Shown here: piece after piece, positions 1 through 9,819 of the stretch
Position numbering within the stretch: position 1 is the stretch's first letter
Layout of the letters: every line of letters begins with the position of its first letter
NCBI GenBank assembly: GCA_946534345.1
Contig: CAMNCL010000006.1
Coordinates: 50-64,049, forward strand
Origin: an uncultured Bacillales bacterium
GTDB lineage: Bacteria > Bacillota_I > Bacilli_A > RF39 > UBA660
Length of the DNA: 64,000 nucleotides
Reading direction: 5' to 3'
Program-made: the position numbers and the translations under genes
Notes under the pieces: model-generated
Told to the model about the DNA's origin: nothing
Database searches by the model: none
The model's input: the letters and a program-made list of their open reading frames with translations, nothing else

Positions 1-822
1 TGCTTCAAATAATGTTAAGTTAACTCCACCTGTAATATTAATAATAGCATCTGTAGCTCCTTCAATTGAAGTATCTAATAATGGACTTGATACTGCTTGT
101 TTAGCAGCTTCTAGAGCTCTATCTTCACCCATACCAATACCAATACCAATAATAGCACGTCCACTCTTCTCCATTACTGCTTTAACGTCAGCAAAGTCTA
201 AGTTAACAAGTCCAACTACAGCAATTAAATCTGAAATTGATTGAACACCACGACGTAGTACATTATCTACTTCTTTAAATGCTTCTAACATTGGTGTTTG
301 CTTATCAATTATTTCTCTTAATCTATCATTTGGAATAACAATTAAGGTATCAACATGTTTTCTTAATTCTTCAATTCCTTGAACGGCATTTTCCATTCTT
401 CTTTTACCTTCGAATGAGAATGGCTTAGTAACTATGGCAACAGTTAAAGCTCCTAATCCTTGAGCTATTTCAGCAACTACTGCAGCTGCTCCTGTACCAG
501 TTCCTCCACCCATTCCAGCAGTTATGAAAACCATATCTGCTCCACTTAAAGCATCCTCTATTTCTTTCTTAGATTCAAGCGCTGATTCTTTACCAACTTC
601 TGGTTTTCCTCCGGCTCCTAATCCATCTGTAAGAGTAGCTCCTATTTGAATTTTAACATCTGCTTTACTATTATTTAATACTTGTAAATCAGTATTAGCA
701 GCAATAAATTCTACTCCTTTAACTCCTGATTCAACCATTCTATTGATGGCATTACCGCCACCACCACCTAAACCAATTACTTTAATTTTCGCTAATTGAT
801 CCATTTCTAATCCGCCAATCAT
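1..822 (-). CDS. ftsZ: Cell division GTPase FtsZ (N-terminal part; 3' end runs off the window)
   Basis: Absent from the ORF track because it is open at the window edge. My minus-strand translation from ATG 822 reads [29 protein letters not shown]...GAGGKPEVG...[15 protein letters not shown] (tubulin signature). GGAGG RBS at 830-834. Lies directly downstream of ftsA. Confidence 0.93.
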   Translation of the reverse strand, partial: MIGGLEMDQLAKIKVIGLGGGGGNAINRMVESGVKGVEFIAANTDLQVLNNSKADVKIQIGATLTDGLGAGGKPEVGKESALESKKEIEDALSGADMVFITAGMGGGTGTGAAAVVAEIAQGLGALTVAIVTKPFSFEGKRRMENAVQGIEELRKHVDTLIVIPNDRLREIIDKQTPMLEAFKEVDNVLRRGVQSISDLIAVVGLVNLDFADVKAVMEKSGRAIIGIGIGMGEDRALEAAKQAVSSPLLDTSIEGATDAIINITGGVNLTLFEA

Positions 823-834
823 ACCTATTCCTCC

Positions 835-2073
835 TTAATTGTTACTGAAAAAGTGCCCAAACACTCTATTAATCATATTTTCATTTGAAATATTAGGGTC
901 TACCATTAGCATTGCTTGAACATCATCATCAGGGATCATATTATAATGCTTATCACGCAATGTTAATTTATCATCAAAATATTTAGTTATACCATAACAA
1001 CTACTATATTTATTATGTCTAATACCCATAGTAGAAATATTACATACTTTAGCTACAAAGCCAAATTCTTGTTCTACTAAATAATTAAAGCCAGCTAATT
1101 CGCTAAGGCCACCTGTTATAATTATATAACGGATTTCTCTATTTGTTAAGTTTTTTATCTCATTTTTAGCTAGTTTTAATATTTCTCTAACTCTTGCTTC
1201 AACTATTTTAGATACTCCTAATTGATTAAGTTCTTTCTTTGTATCTTTATCAATAGAAATCTCTATTTTATCATTACTATCTGCATAATTAGCTAAAGCT
1301 ACTGCAAAATTCTCTTTTAATTTACGAGCTTCATTATTATTAGCTCTAAATACATATGTAATGTCTTTATCTACATTATTACTTCCTACTGGTAAAGTAC
1401 TATTTTTAATCTGAATACCTTTGTTAAACACACTAACATTAGTAGAACTCTCTCCTATATTTATAATAGCTCCTACTAACTCATCATACTTTTTATTTTT
1501 TATTGCAAAATAATCACCTGTAGAAGTAAAAGCTATATCTACAGTTTCAACTCCACTTAGTTTTAATACTTCTAATATTCTATATAATGGTTCTTTAGGC
1601 ATAGTACCAATAACAACTCTTGTCTCTAATAAAGAACCTTTCATTCCTTTAGGATCTTTAACTGTATTAGAATCATCTATTGTAAAACTAATTGGCATTG
1701 CTGTAACCAATTCATCTCTAGTAAAATCTTGTCCTTTTATTGAATCTAATAAAGCATTACTAATATCTACTCCAGTAATCTCATTATAATCAATTACACT
1801 AGTAGAACCTAAAACAATATCCATCTTACATTCAGCAGGTGGTACACAAGCAATTACCTTAGTAATTTTAATACCAAGCATTTCATTAACTTGTCTAATT
1901 GCTTTCTTTATACAACTACTAGCTGCTTTACTATCTTCAATAAAACCATTCTTTATACCCATAGAAGGACTACTAATAGAAGCCAATACATAATATTTGT
2001 CATTTACTTTTTCAGTAACTACAACTTTAATACTATCAGTACCTAAGTCTATACCTGTATATATATTACTCAT
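835..2073 (-). CDS. ftsA: Cell division protein FtsA
   Basis: 412 aa with actin-like N-terminus MSNIYTGIDLGTDSIKVVV. Immediately upstream of ftsZ. Confidence 0.93.
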   Translation of the reverse strand: MSNIYTGIDLGTDSIKVVVTEKVNDKYYVLASISSPSMGIKNGFIEDSKAASSCIKKAIRQVNEMLGIKITKVIACVPPAECKMDIVLGSTSVIDYNEITGVDISNALLDSIKGQDFTRDELVTAMPISFTIDDSNTVKDPKGMKGSLLETRVVIGTMPKEPLYRILEVLKLSGVETVDIAFTSTGDYFAIKNKKYDELVGAIINIGESSTNVSVFNKGIQIKNSTLPVGSNNVDKDITYVFRANNNEARKLKENFAVALANYADSNDKIEISIDKDTKKELNQLGVSKIVEARVREILKLAKNEIKNLTNREIRYIIITGGLSELAGFNYLVEQEFGFVAKVCNISTMGIRHNKYSSCYGITKYFDDKLTLRDKHYNMIPDDDVQAMLMVDPNISNENMINRVFGHFFSNN

Positions 2074-2138
2074 TTAAATCCTCCTATCTTTAATAATTAT
2101 ACTATAAATAGATTTTTTTGACTAGATTTTTACTTAAT

Positions 2139-3581
2139 TTAGTCTCTTTTCTTATATAAAAGAGTCTTCTTATCTACATATAACAAATTATAATCAGTAT
2201 TTTCTACAGATTCTAAAAATCTATGCATTGGTTCTTCTTCATCTATAACTAAATACTTAAAATTATACTTTCGTAAAAACTCATTATAATCTAATTTATC
2301 ATTTAAATATAAATAGAATTCATGAAATAAATCTTCTTTTCTATTATTAACCTTTAAGAAAACTTCTGCTCTAGTATCCATATAAGTTTTATAACCATAA
2401 TAACTATAAAAACCACCATTAGAACTCATAGTATAAATAGGTTCATCTTTACTTACGTGTTTTTCCATATATTCTAGTACTTTTCTTTGTCCTAAATACT
2501 CATCAGATAATACATACTTATCTTTATTAATCACAATAACAGAAGCTGTTAAAGCAATCATCAAAGCATATATAATCTTATATCTTAAATTAAAATCTTT
2601 AACATATTTAACTTTAAAATTAATATACTCTATACATGAAGTTAAACTAACTATATAAAAAATAGAATTATTTCTTATATTTAATAAAGCCATATAAAAA
2701 GTACCATAGAATAGTAATAATTTATATATTTCTACTTTCTTCTTAGTTTTAATAAAAATATAAGTAACACCAATCATTATGAAAAAAGCTATATAACCAA
2801 AAAAATTAGCATAAGCATATTCACCAGATAAGCTTAATCCTTTCATTTCCCAGATAACTGAATTAATATCTCTTACACCATAACTTCTAAGTGAATAAGT
2901 CATATTCTCTATTCCATATGGATTAATAAAACCAACTAAAATCATTACTAATATGATACCTAGTAATTTAAAAATAGTCTTATTCTTATCCTTTGAATAT
3001 AAAATAAAATAATGTACAACATAAGGAGCTAATAAAACAAATAATACTGGCCATAAACTAGCATGTAAATTAATTTCTAATAAACTAATTGGAATTAACC
3101 AGTAAATAATCTTACTTTCTTTTTTACGGTATGATTCCATAATATAAAGTAATAGTATAAAAACAATTGAAGAAAAAGTTAAAGGTCTAGCTACAACTGA
3201 AGCTAAACATAACAATGAATCTATAATTGCGGTTATAACACAAGAAACAAAGAGATTATTACTAATTTTCATACATAATTTATAAAGTAAAAATACAATT
3301 AGTATATTAGATACCCAAACTAATATGTATATTCCTATTGTACCTAAAGCTTTATAAGTAAGATAAAAAATAACACTTGATAACCATTGTTGCATAACAA
3401 AGTGTAGATTACTATGCATTGATAAAAAATCAACATGAGGAAAACCATGGTTTAAAACATATCTACCATGGCTAAATAAAAACCAAATATCACATTCTTT
3501 ATTTTGAAGAATAGTAAAACTATAAATAATAGGTATTAATAATATTAAGTAGCAAGCATATTTATTTATTTTTTTAGTCAT
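2139..3581 (-). CDS. Polytopic membrane protein, paralog of 5169..6614 (GT-C-like glycosyltransferase candidate)
   Basis: 480 aa with many hydrophobic spans. Acidic residue plus the block HGRYVLNHGFPHVDFLSMHSNLHFVMQQW after TM1, and a soluble C-terminal ~130 aa. The family assignment is inference only. Confidence 0.8.
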   Translation of the reverse strand: MTKKINKYACYLILLIPIIYSFTILQNKECDIWFLFSHGRYVLNHGFPHVDFLSMHSNLHFVMQQWLSSVIFYLTYKALGTIGIYILVWVSNILIVFLLYKLCMKISNNLFVSCVITAIIDSLLCLASVVARPLTFSSIVFILLLYIMESYRKKESKIIYWLIPISLLEINLHASLWPVLFVLLAPYVVHYFILYSKDKNKTIFKLLGIILVMILVGFINPYGIENMTYSLRSYGVRDINSVIWEMKGLSLSGEYAYANFFGYIAFFIMIGVTYIFIKTKKKVEIYKLLLFYGTFYMALLNIRNNSIFYIVSLTSCIEYINFKVKYVKDFNLRYKIIYALMIALTASVIVINKDKYVLSDEYLGQRKVLEYMEKHVSKDEPIYTMSSNGGFYSYYGYKTYMDTRAEVFLKVNNRKEDLFHEFYLYLNDKLDYNEFLRKYNFKYLVIDEEEPMHRFLESVENTDYNLLYVDKKTLLYKKRD

Positions 3582-5115
3582 TTTTTTCCTCCTGATAACT
3601 CTTATCTACATTAACATTCCATAATTTATTTAAATCATGTGAATTATTCTTAATTAAATCTGCACATATCATACCACTTAGTATAGAATGATCCATATTA
3701 TTATATGAATGAGTACCATTTCTTCCAATACAATATAAATTATCTATCGTATTAATATACTCTCTAACTTCATCAATATGATCATAAGTATCAAAATATG
3801 CAGGATATGCTTTCTTTACTTTCACTACTTTACTATCTAATAATTTACCATCATAGAAGCCCATTTTCTTAAGTTCTCTTTTAGCTAATTTTACTAAGTC
3901 TTCATCTTTCATATTCCAGAAAGAATCCCCTTCACTACAAAAATACTCTAATCCTATCCACATCGTATTAATAGGATCTTTAACCATATAACTAGACCAA
4001 TTATTAAAGATTTGAACTCTTCCAATTCTTACAGATGTATCTTGGATATATATCCAATTATCTGGAATATTATTATGAATTGTTTTTATATGAGTTTCAT
4101 TTTTCAAAGCTAATTTTGGAACTAAAACACCTATAGTTACAAAGTCTCTATATGGAAGATAATTACTTATAGAAAGAATCTTCTTTGGAACACTATTCAT
4201 ATCATTTAATAAATCTTTCATAGGCATTGAAGAAACTAATTTATCACATGTAATAGTTTCTTTCTTCTTATTATGCATATATGTAACAGACTCAATTTTA
4301 TTATTAGTCTTCTTAATCTTAGTAACTTTACTATTTAATAGTATTTTACCACCCATTTTTTCAATCTGTTTTGCCATCTCTTCATATAGTTCTCCAGGTC
4401 CATATTTAGGATAATAAAAAGATTCTATTAAACTTGTTTCTTTATGTTTATCTTTAATATGAAATAATCTTTTAAAATAATCACTAAGTACTTTTCTAAT
4501 TGATATACCTTTTACTCTTTGACTTCCCCAACTAGAATCTATGTCACTAGGAGTTCTTCCCCATAGTTTTGTAGTATATCCTTTAAAAAACATATTATAT
4601 AGTTCATTGCCAAATCTATTTATATAAAAGTTTTCTAGATTACTCTCTTCTTTCTTAAAAATAGTTGCGTAAATATAACTAAATCCACATTTAATAGTAG
4701 TTATAAAGCCCATATTTTTAATAGTTTTAGCATTTAAAGATATTGGATAATCAAAAAACTTATGCTTATAAAATATTCTAGAAACTCTATTTCTAACAAG
4801 CATAACATTGTCTTCTTTTTCAGGATCTTTTTTACCTTTAAATTTCTTATTAGTACCCAATAATTTATCATCATAAGCTGGATATCCTTGTAGAGGCATA
4901 ATATTAAACCATAGTTTTTCTACATCTTTATTCTTAGTAAAAAAACGATGTCCTCCAAGGTCCATTCTATTACCATTATGATTAACAGTTTTACTAATAC
5001 CACCCACAGAGCCACATTCTTCTAGAATTGTAACTTTTAGCTTTTTATTCTTCTTTAAAAGTTGATACGCAACTGTTAAGCCTGCAGGCCCTGCTCCTAT
5101 TATAACTATTTCCAT
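3574..5115 (-). CDS. FAD/NAD(P)-binding oxidoreductase (Rossmann GxGxxG type)
   Basis: MEIVIIGAGPAGLTVAYQL...ILEECGSVGGISKT dinucleotide-binding fingerprint. I prefer ATG 5115 (GGTGA RBS 5 nt upstream) to the track start at 5145. Its 3' end overlaps the next gene by 8 nt. Confidence 0.8.
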   Translation of the reverse strand: MEIVIIGAGPAGLTVAYQLLKKNKKLKVTILEECGSVGGISKTVNHNGNRMDLGGHRFFTKNKDVEKLWFNIMPLQGYPAYDDKLLGTNKKFKGKKDPEKEDNVMLVRNRVSRIFYKHKFFDYPISLNAKTIKNMGFITTIKCGFSYIYATIFKKEESNLENFYINRFGNELYNMFFKGYTTKLWGRTPSDIDSSWGSQRVKGISIRKVLSDYFKRLFHIKDKHKETSLIESFYYPKYGPGELYEEMAKQIEKMGGKILLNSKVTKIKKTNNKIESVTYMHNKKKETITCDKLVSSMPMKDLLNDMNSVPKKILSISNYLPYRDFVTIGVLVPKLALKNETHIKTIHNNIPDNWIYIQDTSVRIGRVQIFNNWSSYMVKDPINTMWIGLEYFCSEGDSFWNMKDEDLVKLAKRELKKMGFYDGKLLDSKVVKVKKAYPAYFDTYDHIDEVREYINTIDNLYCIGRNGTHSYNNMDHSILSGMICADLIKNNSHDLNKLWNVNVDKSYQEEKND

Positions 5116-5168
5116 AATTTCACCATTTTTAGTATAACATATCAAAATATCTTAATCAAATTAAAAGA

Positions 5169-6614
5169 TTATTCTGAATTGGAATAATCTTTCTTTTCAA
5201 ACAGATAAATATCCTTTTGTTTAGATACTTTTTTATAACTAGAATTATTACTCAAATAATCATAAATAGGAATATAATCATATACTACTAAATAATCAAA
5301 ATCATAGTCATTAATAAACTTATCAAAATTAGCTTTTCCTTTATAAACATTATAATATTCATCTAAAATATCTTTACTATGATTATTCTTCTTTAAATAT
5401 ATTTCTGCTCTAGAGTCCATATAGACTTTATATCCTCTATATTCAATATAAGAACCATTATTAAAACAAGTAAATATCTTATCATCTTTAGAAGCATACT
5501 TGTCTAAATAATCAACTATTCTATTAGCTTTAGTATTTCTTATAGTATAATAACCTGTAATACAATTTCTACTATATAGTAAAACAATTATAATTATAGG
5601 AACTAAATATAATTTTATTTGTATTTTATATTTAATCTTATTCTTAAAAGCTAATACTAAATAAGGTAATGTTCCTATTAATAAGAACGATATATTTCTT
5701 ATATTAAGAATAGACATAAAACTAAGTCCACCTAATAAGAAATAATAATGAATAGGATACTTTTTATAATTCTTTTTTAATACAACTAAATTAATAACAA
5801 TTATTAATAATATTAATACACTGAAACAAGCTACAGAATAATATTTAAAATTTAAAGTAAACGGATGCATCTCAACAATCATTTTATTAATAGTTGGATT
5901 ACCATAGGAGTTAAATGAATATAATAATGCTTCTATTCCATATGGATTAATAAAAGCACACAAGATACTTAAGAAAATAATAACTAATAATTTAAAGAGA
6001 CGTTTATCTTTATTCTTAAAATATAAATAAATGTATTCTGCAATAAAAGGTAAACAAAAGATAATCATCATTGGCCAAATAGATGCATGAAAATTTATTA
6101 AGAGAATACTTACTAATAGTAAAAACCATATTCTATTACTTTTATTTTTAGTATAATCCTCTAATAAATATAAAGTAATTATAAGTAATAATAAACTAAT
6201 AATTTGAGGTCTAGGTAATATGAAATTAAGTTCTAATAATAAGTCTATTATACTTGCGATAAGACAAGAACAGTATTTATTATTACTTAGTAACATACAT
6301 AGTTTATATAAGAAAAATAATATTAGTAAGTTAATAATACCTGTGAAAATATTAACTCCTATACTTCCTATATAGTTATATATCAAATATAAAATAGTTG
6401 AAAAAGCCCATTGTTGCATAACAAAGTGTAGATTACTATGCATTGTTAAGAACTCAACATGAGGAATACCATGGCTTAGAACATATCTTCCATGGGCCAA
6501 TAAAAACCAAATATCTTCTACTTGATTACCACAATTAATAGCTATAAAAAAGAGTATTGGAAGAATGAAAAATAAGTATGAAATACTAACTTTTTTATTC
6601 AATACTTTTTTCAT
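5169..6614 (-). CDS. Polytopic membrane protein, paralog of 2139..3581 (GT-C-like glycosyltransferase candidate)
   Basis: 481 aa, same architecture as its paralog, with the block HGRYVLSHGIPHVEFLTMHSNLHFVMQQW. Alignable with 2139..3581 along the whole length. Confidence 0.8.
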   Translation of the reverse strand: MKKVLNKKVSISYLFFILPILFFIAINCGNQVEDIWFLLAHGRYVLSHGIPHVEFLTMHSNLHFVMQQWAFSTILYLIYNYIGSIGVNIFTGIINLLILFFLYKLCMLLSNNKYCSCLIASIIDLLLELNFILPRPQIISLLLLIITLYLLEDYTKNKSNRIWFLLLVSILLINFHASIWPMMIIFCLPFIAEYIYLYFKNKDKRLFKLLVIIFLSILCAFINPYGIEALLYSFNSYGNPTINKMIVEMHPFTLNFKYYSVACFSVLILLIIVINLVVLKKNYKKYPIHYYFLLGGLSFMSILNIRNISFLLIGTLPYLVLAFKNKIKYKIQIKLYLVPIIIIVLLYSRNCITGYYTIRNTKANRIVDYLDKYASKDDKIFTCFNNGSYIEYRGYKVYMDSRAEIYLKKNNHSKDILDEYYNVYKGKANFDKFINDYDFDYLVVYDYIPIYDYLSNNSSYKKVSKQKDIYLFEKKDYSNSE

Positions 6615-6622
6615 TTTCTCAC

Positions 6623-7312
6623 CTACTCTTTTATTTGAAAGTGATTACCATTATCTAGATATAGTATACCTTTATGATGTTCTAATTGTTTTAATACATC
6701 ATTATAATGATTAATCATTTTAAATTTAGTTAATGTTAAATAAACAACATTTCCATCATCCATATATAATAAAAATCTATCTTTATCATAATCATTTGGT
6801 TTGTATTCAATATCACTAATTTTTGATAGAATATCTACTTTTATATTATGCATACCTTCTACAAACTTCTTATATTTTTTATCAGGAACATAATTTAATA
6901 ATCTAGGTACACTAAAATTATGACTTATATCATCTTCTTTATACTCTTTTTCATTTCCTAAGACATATTTACTATTATTAGTATTATAAAATAATGGTCT
7001 ATTCTCATCTACTTCAACCACAACAATAAAACCAATTCTCTTTTTTACATGAGCTGAATTAATATATTTATCTTTTTCAAGAGTATTTTCTATCTTTCTA
7101 CTATTTACTAGAATAAAAGAAGGATAATCTTTTAACTCTGCTTTTTCTAATATATAATCATCATTTAAATAATTAGTATTTTTAACAATAATATTTCTAA
7201 CAGGAATTTGAATTAGTAAATATACGCCAAAAAATAGTCCTATTAAAACTAAAAGAACTATTAAAAAATTAACTACTTTTAATTTTCTCTTCTTGACTAT
7301 TTTTTTTGCCAT
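6623..7312 (-). CDS. divIB: Cell division protein DivIB/FtsQ
   Basis: Basic N-terminus, one TM (VVNFLIVLLVLIGLFFGVYLLI), then a POTRA-like extracellular part. Canonical position after murB. ATG 7312 (GGGAG RBS, 2 nt after the murB stop) preferred to TTG 7324. Confidence 0.8.
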   Translation of the reverse strand: MAKKIVKKRKLKVVNFLIVLLVLIGLFFGVYLLIQIPVRNIIVKNTNYLNDDYILEKAELKDYPSFILVNSRKIENTLEKDKYINSAHVKKRIGFIVVVEVDENRPLFYNTNNSKYVLGNEKEYKEDDISHNFSVPRLLNYVPDKKYKKFVEGMHNIKVDILSKISDIEYKPNDYDKDRFLLYMDDGNVVYLTLTKFKMINHYNDVLKQLEHHKGILYLDNGNHFQIKE

Positions 7313-7314
7313 AA

Positions 7315-8220
7315 TTACTCCCAATTAACAAATTCTTGTTCTATCTTCATATCAATATTGTAATTCTTATAAACTGTATCGTGAGCTAAATCAATTAAAT
7401 ATTTAATATCCTCGGCAGATGCCTTATCATAATTAACTACAAAGTTGGCATGTTTATCACTTATCATAGCACCACCATGTTTTTTTCCTTTAAGTCCTGA
7501 GTCTTCAATTAGTTTTCCTGCAAATTCTCCTTCTGGATTTCTAAATACACTTCCAGCTGAAGGATATTCTAATGGTTGTGATTCTACTCTTCTTTGTCTT
7601 CTTTCATTAATTACTTCCTCTATAGCATCCTTTTTTCCTTTTTGTAATTTAATAATTGCTTCTAAACATATATAATCTGGATGTCTTTGTAAGAATGAAG
7701 TACGATAATGGAAATCCATTTCTTTGTTTTCTAAATAAATTATTCGATAATCTGGAGTTAATACTTTTACTCTTTCTACTACATAACCCATATCAGATTT
7801 ATAAGCACCAGCATTCATAAATACTGCTCCACCGACACTACCTGGAATACCTGATGCGAATTCTAAACCAGTTAATCCTTTCTTCGCAGCCATTAAGCTT
7901 AATTTTATTAACGAAAAGCCAGCTTCTACTTGAATTTTATTTTTAGTAAATTTAACATTGTCAAACTCATCTAATTTTATAATTATACCTTCATAGGGTT
8001 TACTACTAAACAATAAATTAGATCCTTTACCCATTACTTTATGCTTTATATTTTCTGCTTTTAGAAATTTCATTAATTCTATTAAGCATTTAGTATTTTT
8101 AGGATAAACAATTGCACTACAAACACCACCTACACGGTAAGTGGTATATTTATCAAGCGAAACATTTTCTTCTACTTTTCCAATGTTTAACTCTTTGATT
8201 TTCTCTATTTTATTGTTCAT
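7315..8220 (-). CDS. murB: UDP-N-acetylenolpyruvoylglucosamine reductase MurB
   Basis: 301 aa with KYTTYRVGG and GIPGSVGGAVFMNAGAY motifs. dcw-cluster context. Confidence 0.93.
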   Translation of the reverse strand: MNNKIEKIKELNIGKVEENVSLDKYTTYRVGGVCSAIVYPKNTKCLIELMKFLKAENIKHKVMGKGSNLLFSSKPYEGIIIKLDEFDNVKFTKNKIQVEAGFSLIKLSLMAAKKGLTGLEFASGIPGSVGGAVFMNAGAYKSDMGYVVERVKVLTPDYRIIYLENKEMDFHYRTSFLQRHPDYICLEAIIKLQKGKKDAIEEVINERRQRRVESQPLEYPSAGSVFRNPEGEFAGKLIEDSGLKGKKHGGAMISDKHANFVVNYDKASAEDIKYLIDLAHDTVYKNYNIDMKIEQEFVNWE

Positions 8221-8224
8221 ATAA

Positions 8225-9301
8225 TCACCTGATTATCTTTCTAATTTCATCATAGATTCTTGTTGCAGAATCAGTTATTCCTAATTTTTTACTACACTTA
8301 GCCATCTTATCATAAGATTCATCATTAGAAAACAAGTTATCTATTTCTTTAATAATAGTCTCTTTAGAGAAATCTTCTTCAGTAACTATCTTACAAGCAC
8401 CAGCTTCTTCTAATTCTTTGGCATTCTTATATTGATGATTATTAGTAACATATGGAGATGGGACTAGAATAGCTGGAAGACCAATAGCAGTTATTTCTGC
8501 AATAGTACTAGCTCCTGCACGTGATACTATTAAATCACTATCTTTAAGTAAATTAATTAAGTTATCCATAAATGGTTCTATTTTAACATTATCATCTAAT
8601 TCAATATCTTTATAATCATCATAATATTTTTTACCAGTAATAATTAATACTTGATAATCTTTTCCATTAAATGCAGGAATCAATTCCTTAATCTTTTTAG
8701 TCATAGTAGTACTTCCAAGAGAACCCATAACTACAACTACTAATCTCTTATTCTTTTTAAATCCTAATTCTGTTTTACTAAGTTTATCTACTTTGATAAT
8801 CTCTTCACTACGAGGATTGCCTGTGTATACTACTTTATCTCTAGGAAATAAATTTACACTATTAGGAAGTGATACACATATTCTATTAGCAAAACTACCA
8901 ATAAACTTATTAGATACTCCTGGAATAGAATTTTGTTCATGAATAAGTACTGGTATACCTTCTTTATGAGCAGCATATAAAACAGGGGCTGTAATATAAC
9001 CACCTGCTCCTATTACCACATCAGGTTTAAAGTCTTTAATTATTTTTCTAGACTTAACAATTGCTTTTCTAAATTTTCTAAAAACTTCAATGTTAGATAA
9101 AGGATTAGATCTATTTAGACCAGTCATTTCAATACCAATAAACTTGATACCAAGTTTTGGAATAATATCTTTTTCCATTCTATCACTAGTACCAATATAT
9201 AAGAATTCACTATTTTCTTCTTTTTCTTTAATTTTATTCATAATAGCAATAGCTGGATAAATATGACCACCAGTTCCACCAGCAACAATAATTGCTTTCA
9301 T
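8225..9301 (-). CDS. murG: Lipid II-forming UDP-GlcNAc transferase MurG
   Basis: MKAIIVAGGTGGHIYPAIAI N-terminus. The first 20 aa of the track ORF (MYILFF...) look like a spurious extension, so I start at ATG 9301. Confidence 0.92.
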   Translation of the reverse strand: MKAIIVAGGTGGHIYPAIAIMNKIKEKEENSEFLYIGTSDRMEKDIIPKLGIKFIGIEMTGLNRSNPLSNIEVFRKFRKAIVKSRKIIKDFKPDVVIGAGGYITAPVLYAAHKEGIPVLIHEQNSIPGVSNKFIGSFANRICVSLPNSVNLFPRDKVVYTGNPRSEEIIKVDKLSKTELGFKKNKRLVVVVMGSLGSTTMTKKIKELIPAFNGKDYQVLIITGKKYYDDYKDIELDDNVKIEPFMDNLINLLKDSDLIVSRAGASTIAEITAIGLPAILVPSPYVTNNHQYKNAKELEEAGACKIVTEEDFSKETIIKEIDNLFSNDESYDKMAKCSKKLGITDSATRIYDEIRKIIR

Positions 9302-9372
9302 ATAATCACTCCATCTACCAAAATTATACCATATATTGTAGATAAAAAATAAAATATACAATAAATATTTCT

Positions 9373-9714
9373 TTACTTTACAGCATCTTTTTTAGTAATA
9401 ACATACTCTTTAGTAGGTTCATTTATACCAACCTCTGGAGTTTCAAAAAAGTCAATGATAAAGTTTCCATAATACTCGCTAACATCTTCATTAATATGTC
9501 TAGTATAATTAAGTAATTTATAATAAATTGGTTTAACTCTATCATAATCATTAAAAGCTAAATCTAATAATTTATTGAAAGTATTACTAATTAATTCTTC
9601 ATCAGTTGTTTTACTTTCAATTAAATAATCAACATATCTTTCCATTGCTAGTATTTTTTGTTTACCTTTTTGCATTAGATAAACAGCCATTGTTTTAAAG
9701 TCATCATAATTCAT
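9373..9714 (-). CDS. Hypothetical protein (113 aa)
   Basis: Clean ORF on the coding-dense strand. No motif recognised. Confidence 0.6.
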   Translation of the reverse strand: MNYDDFKTMAVYLMQKGKQKILAMERYVDYLIESKTTDEELISNTFNKLLDLAFNDYDRVKPIYYKLLNYTRHINEDVSEYYGNFIIDFFETPEVGINEPTKEYVITKKDAVK

Positions 9715-9819
9715 TAATATCTCTCCTTAAAATAAGTATTAGATATATTATAACAAATTTATAATAAATTGTCTTAAAACTTTGAATGTGATAAAATACA
9801 CTTAGAAAAGAGGGATACT

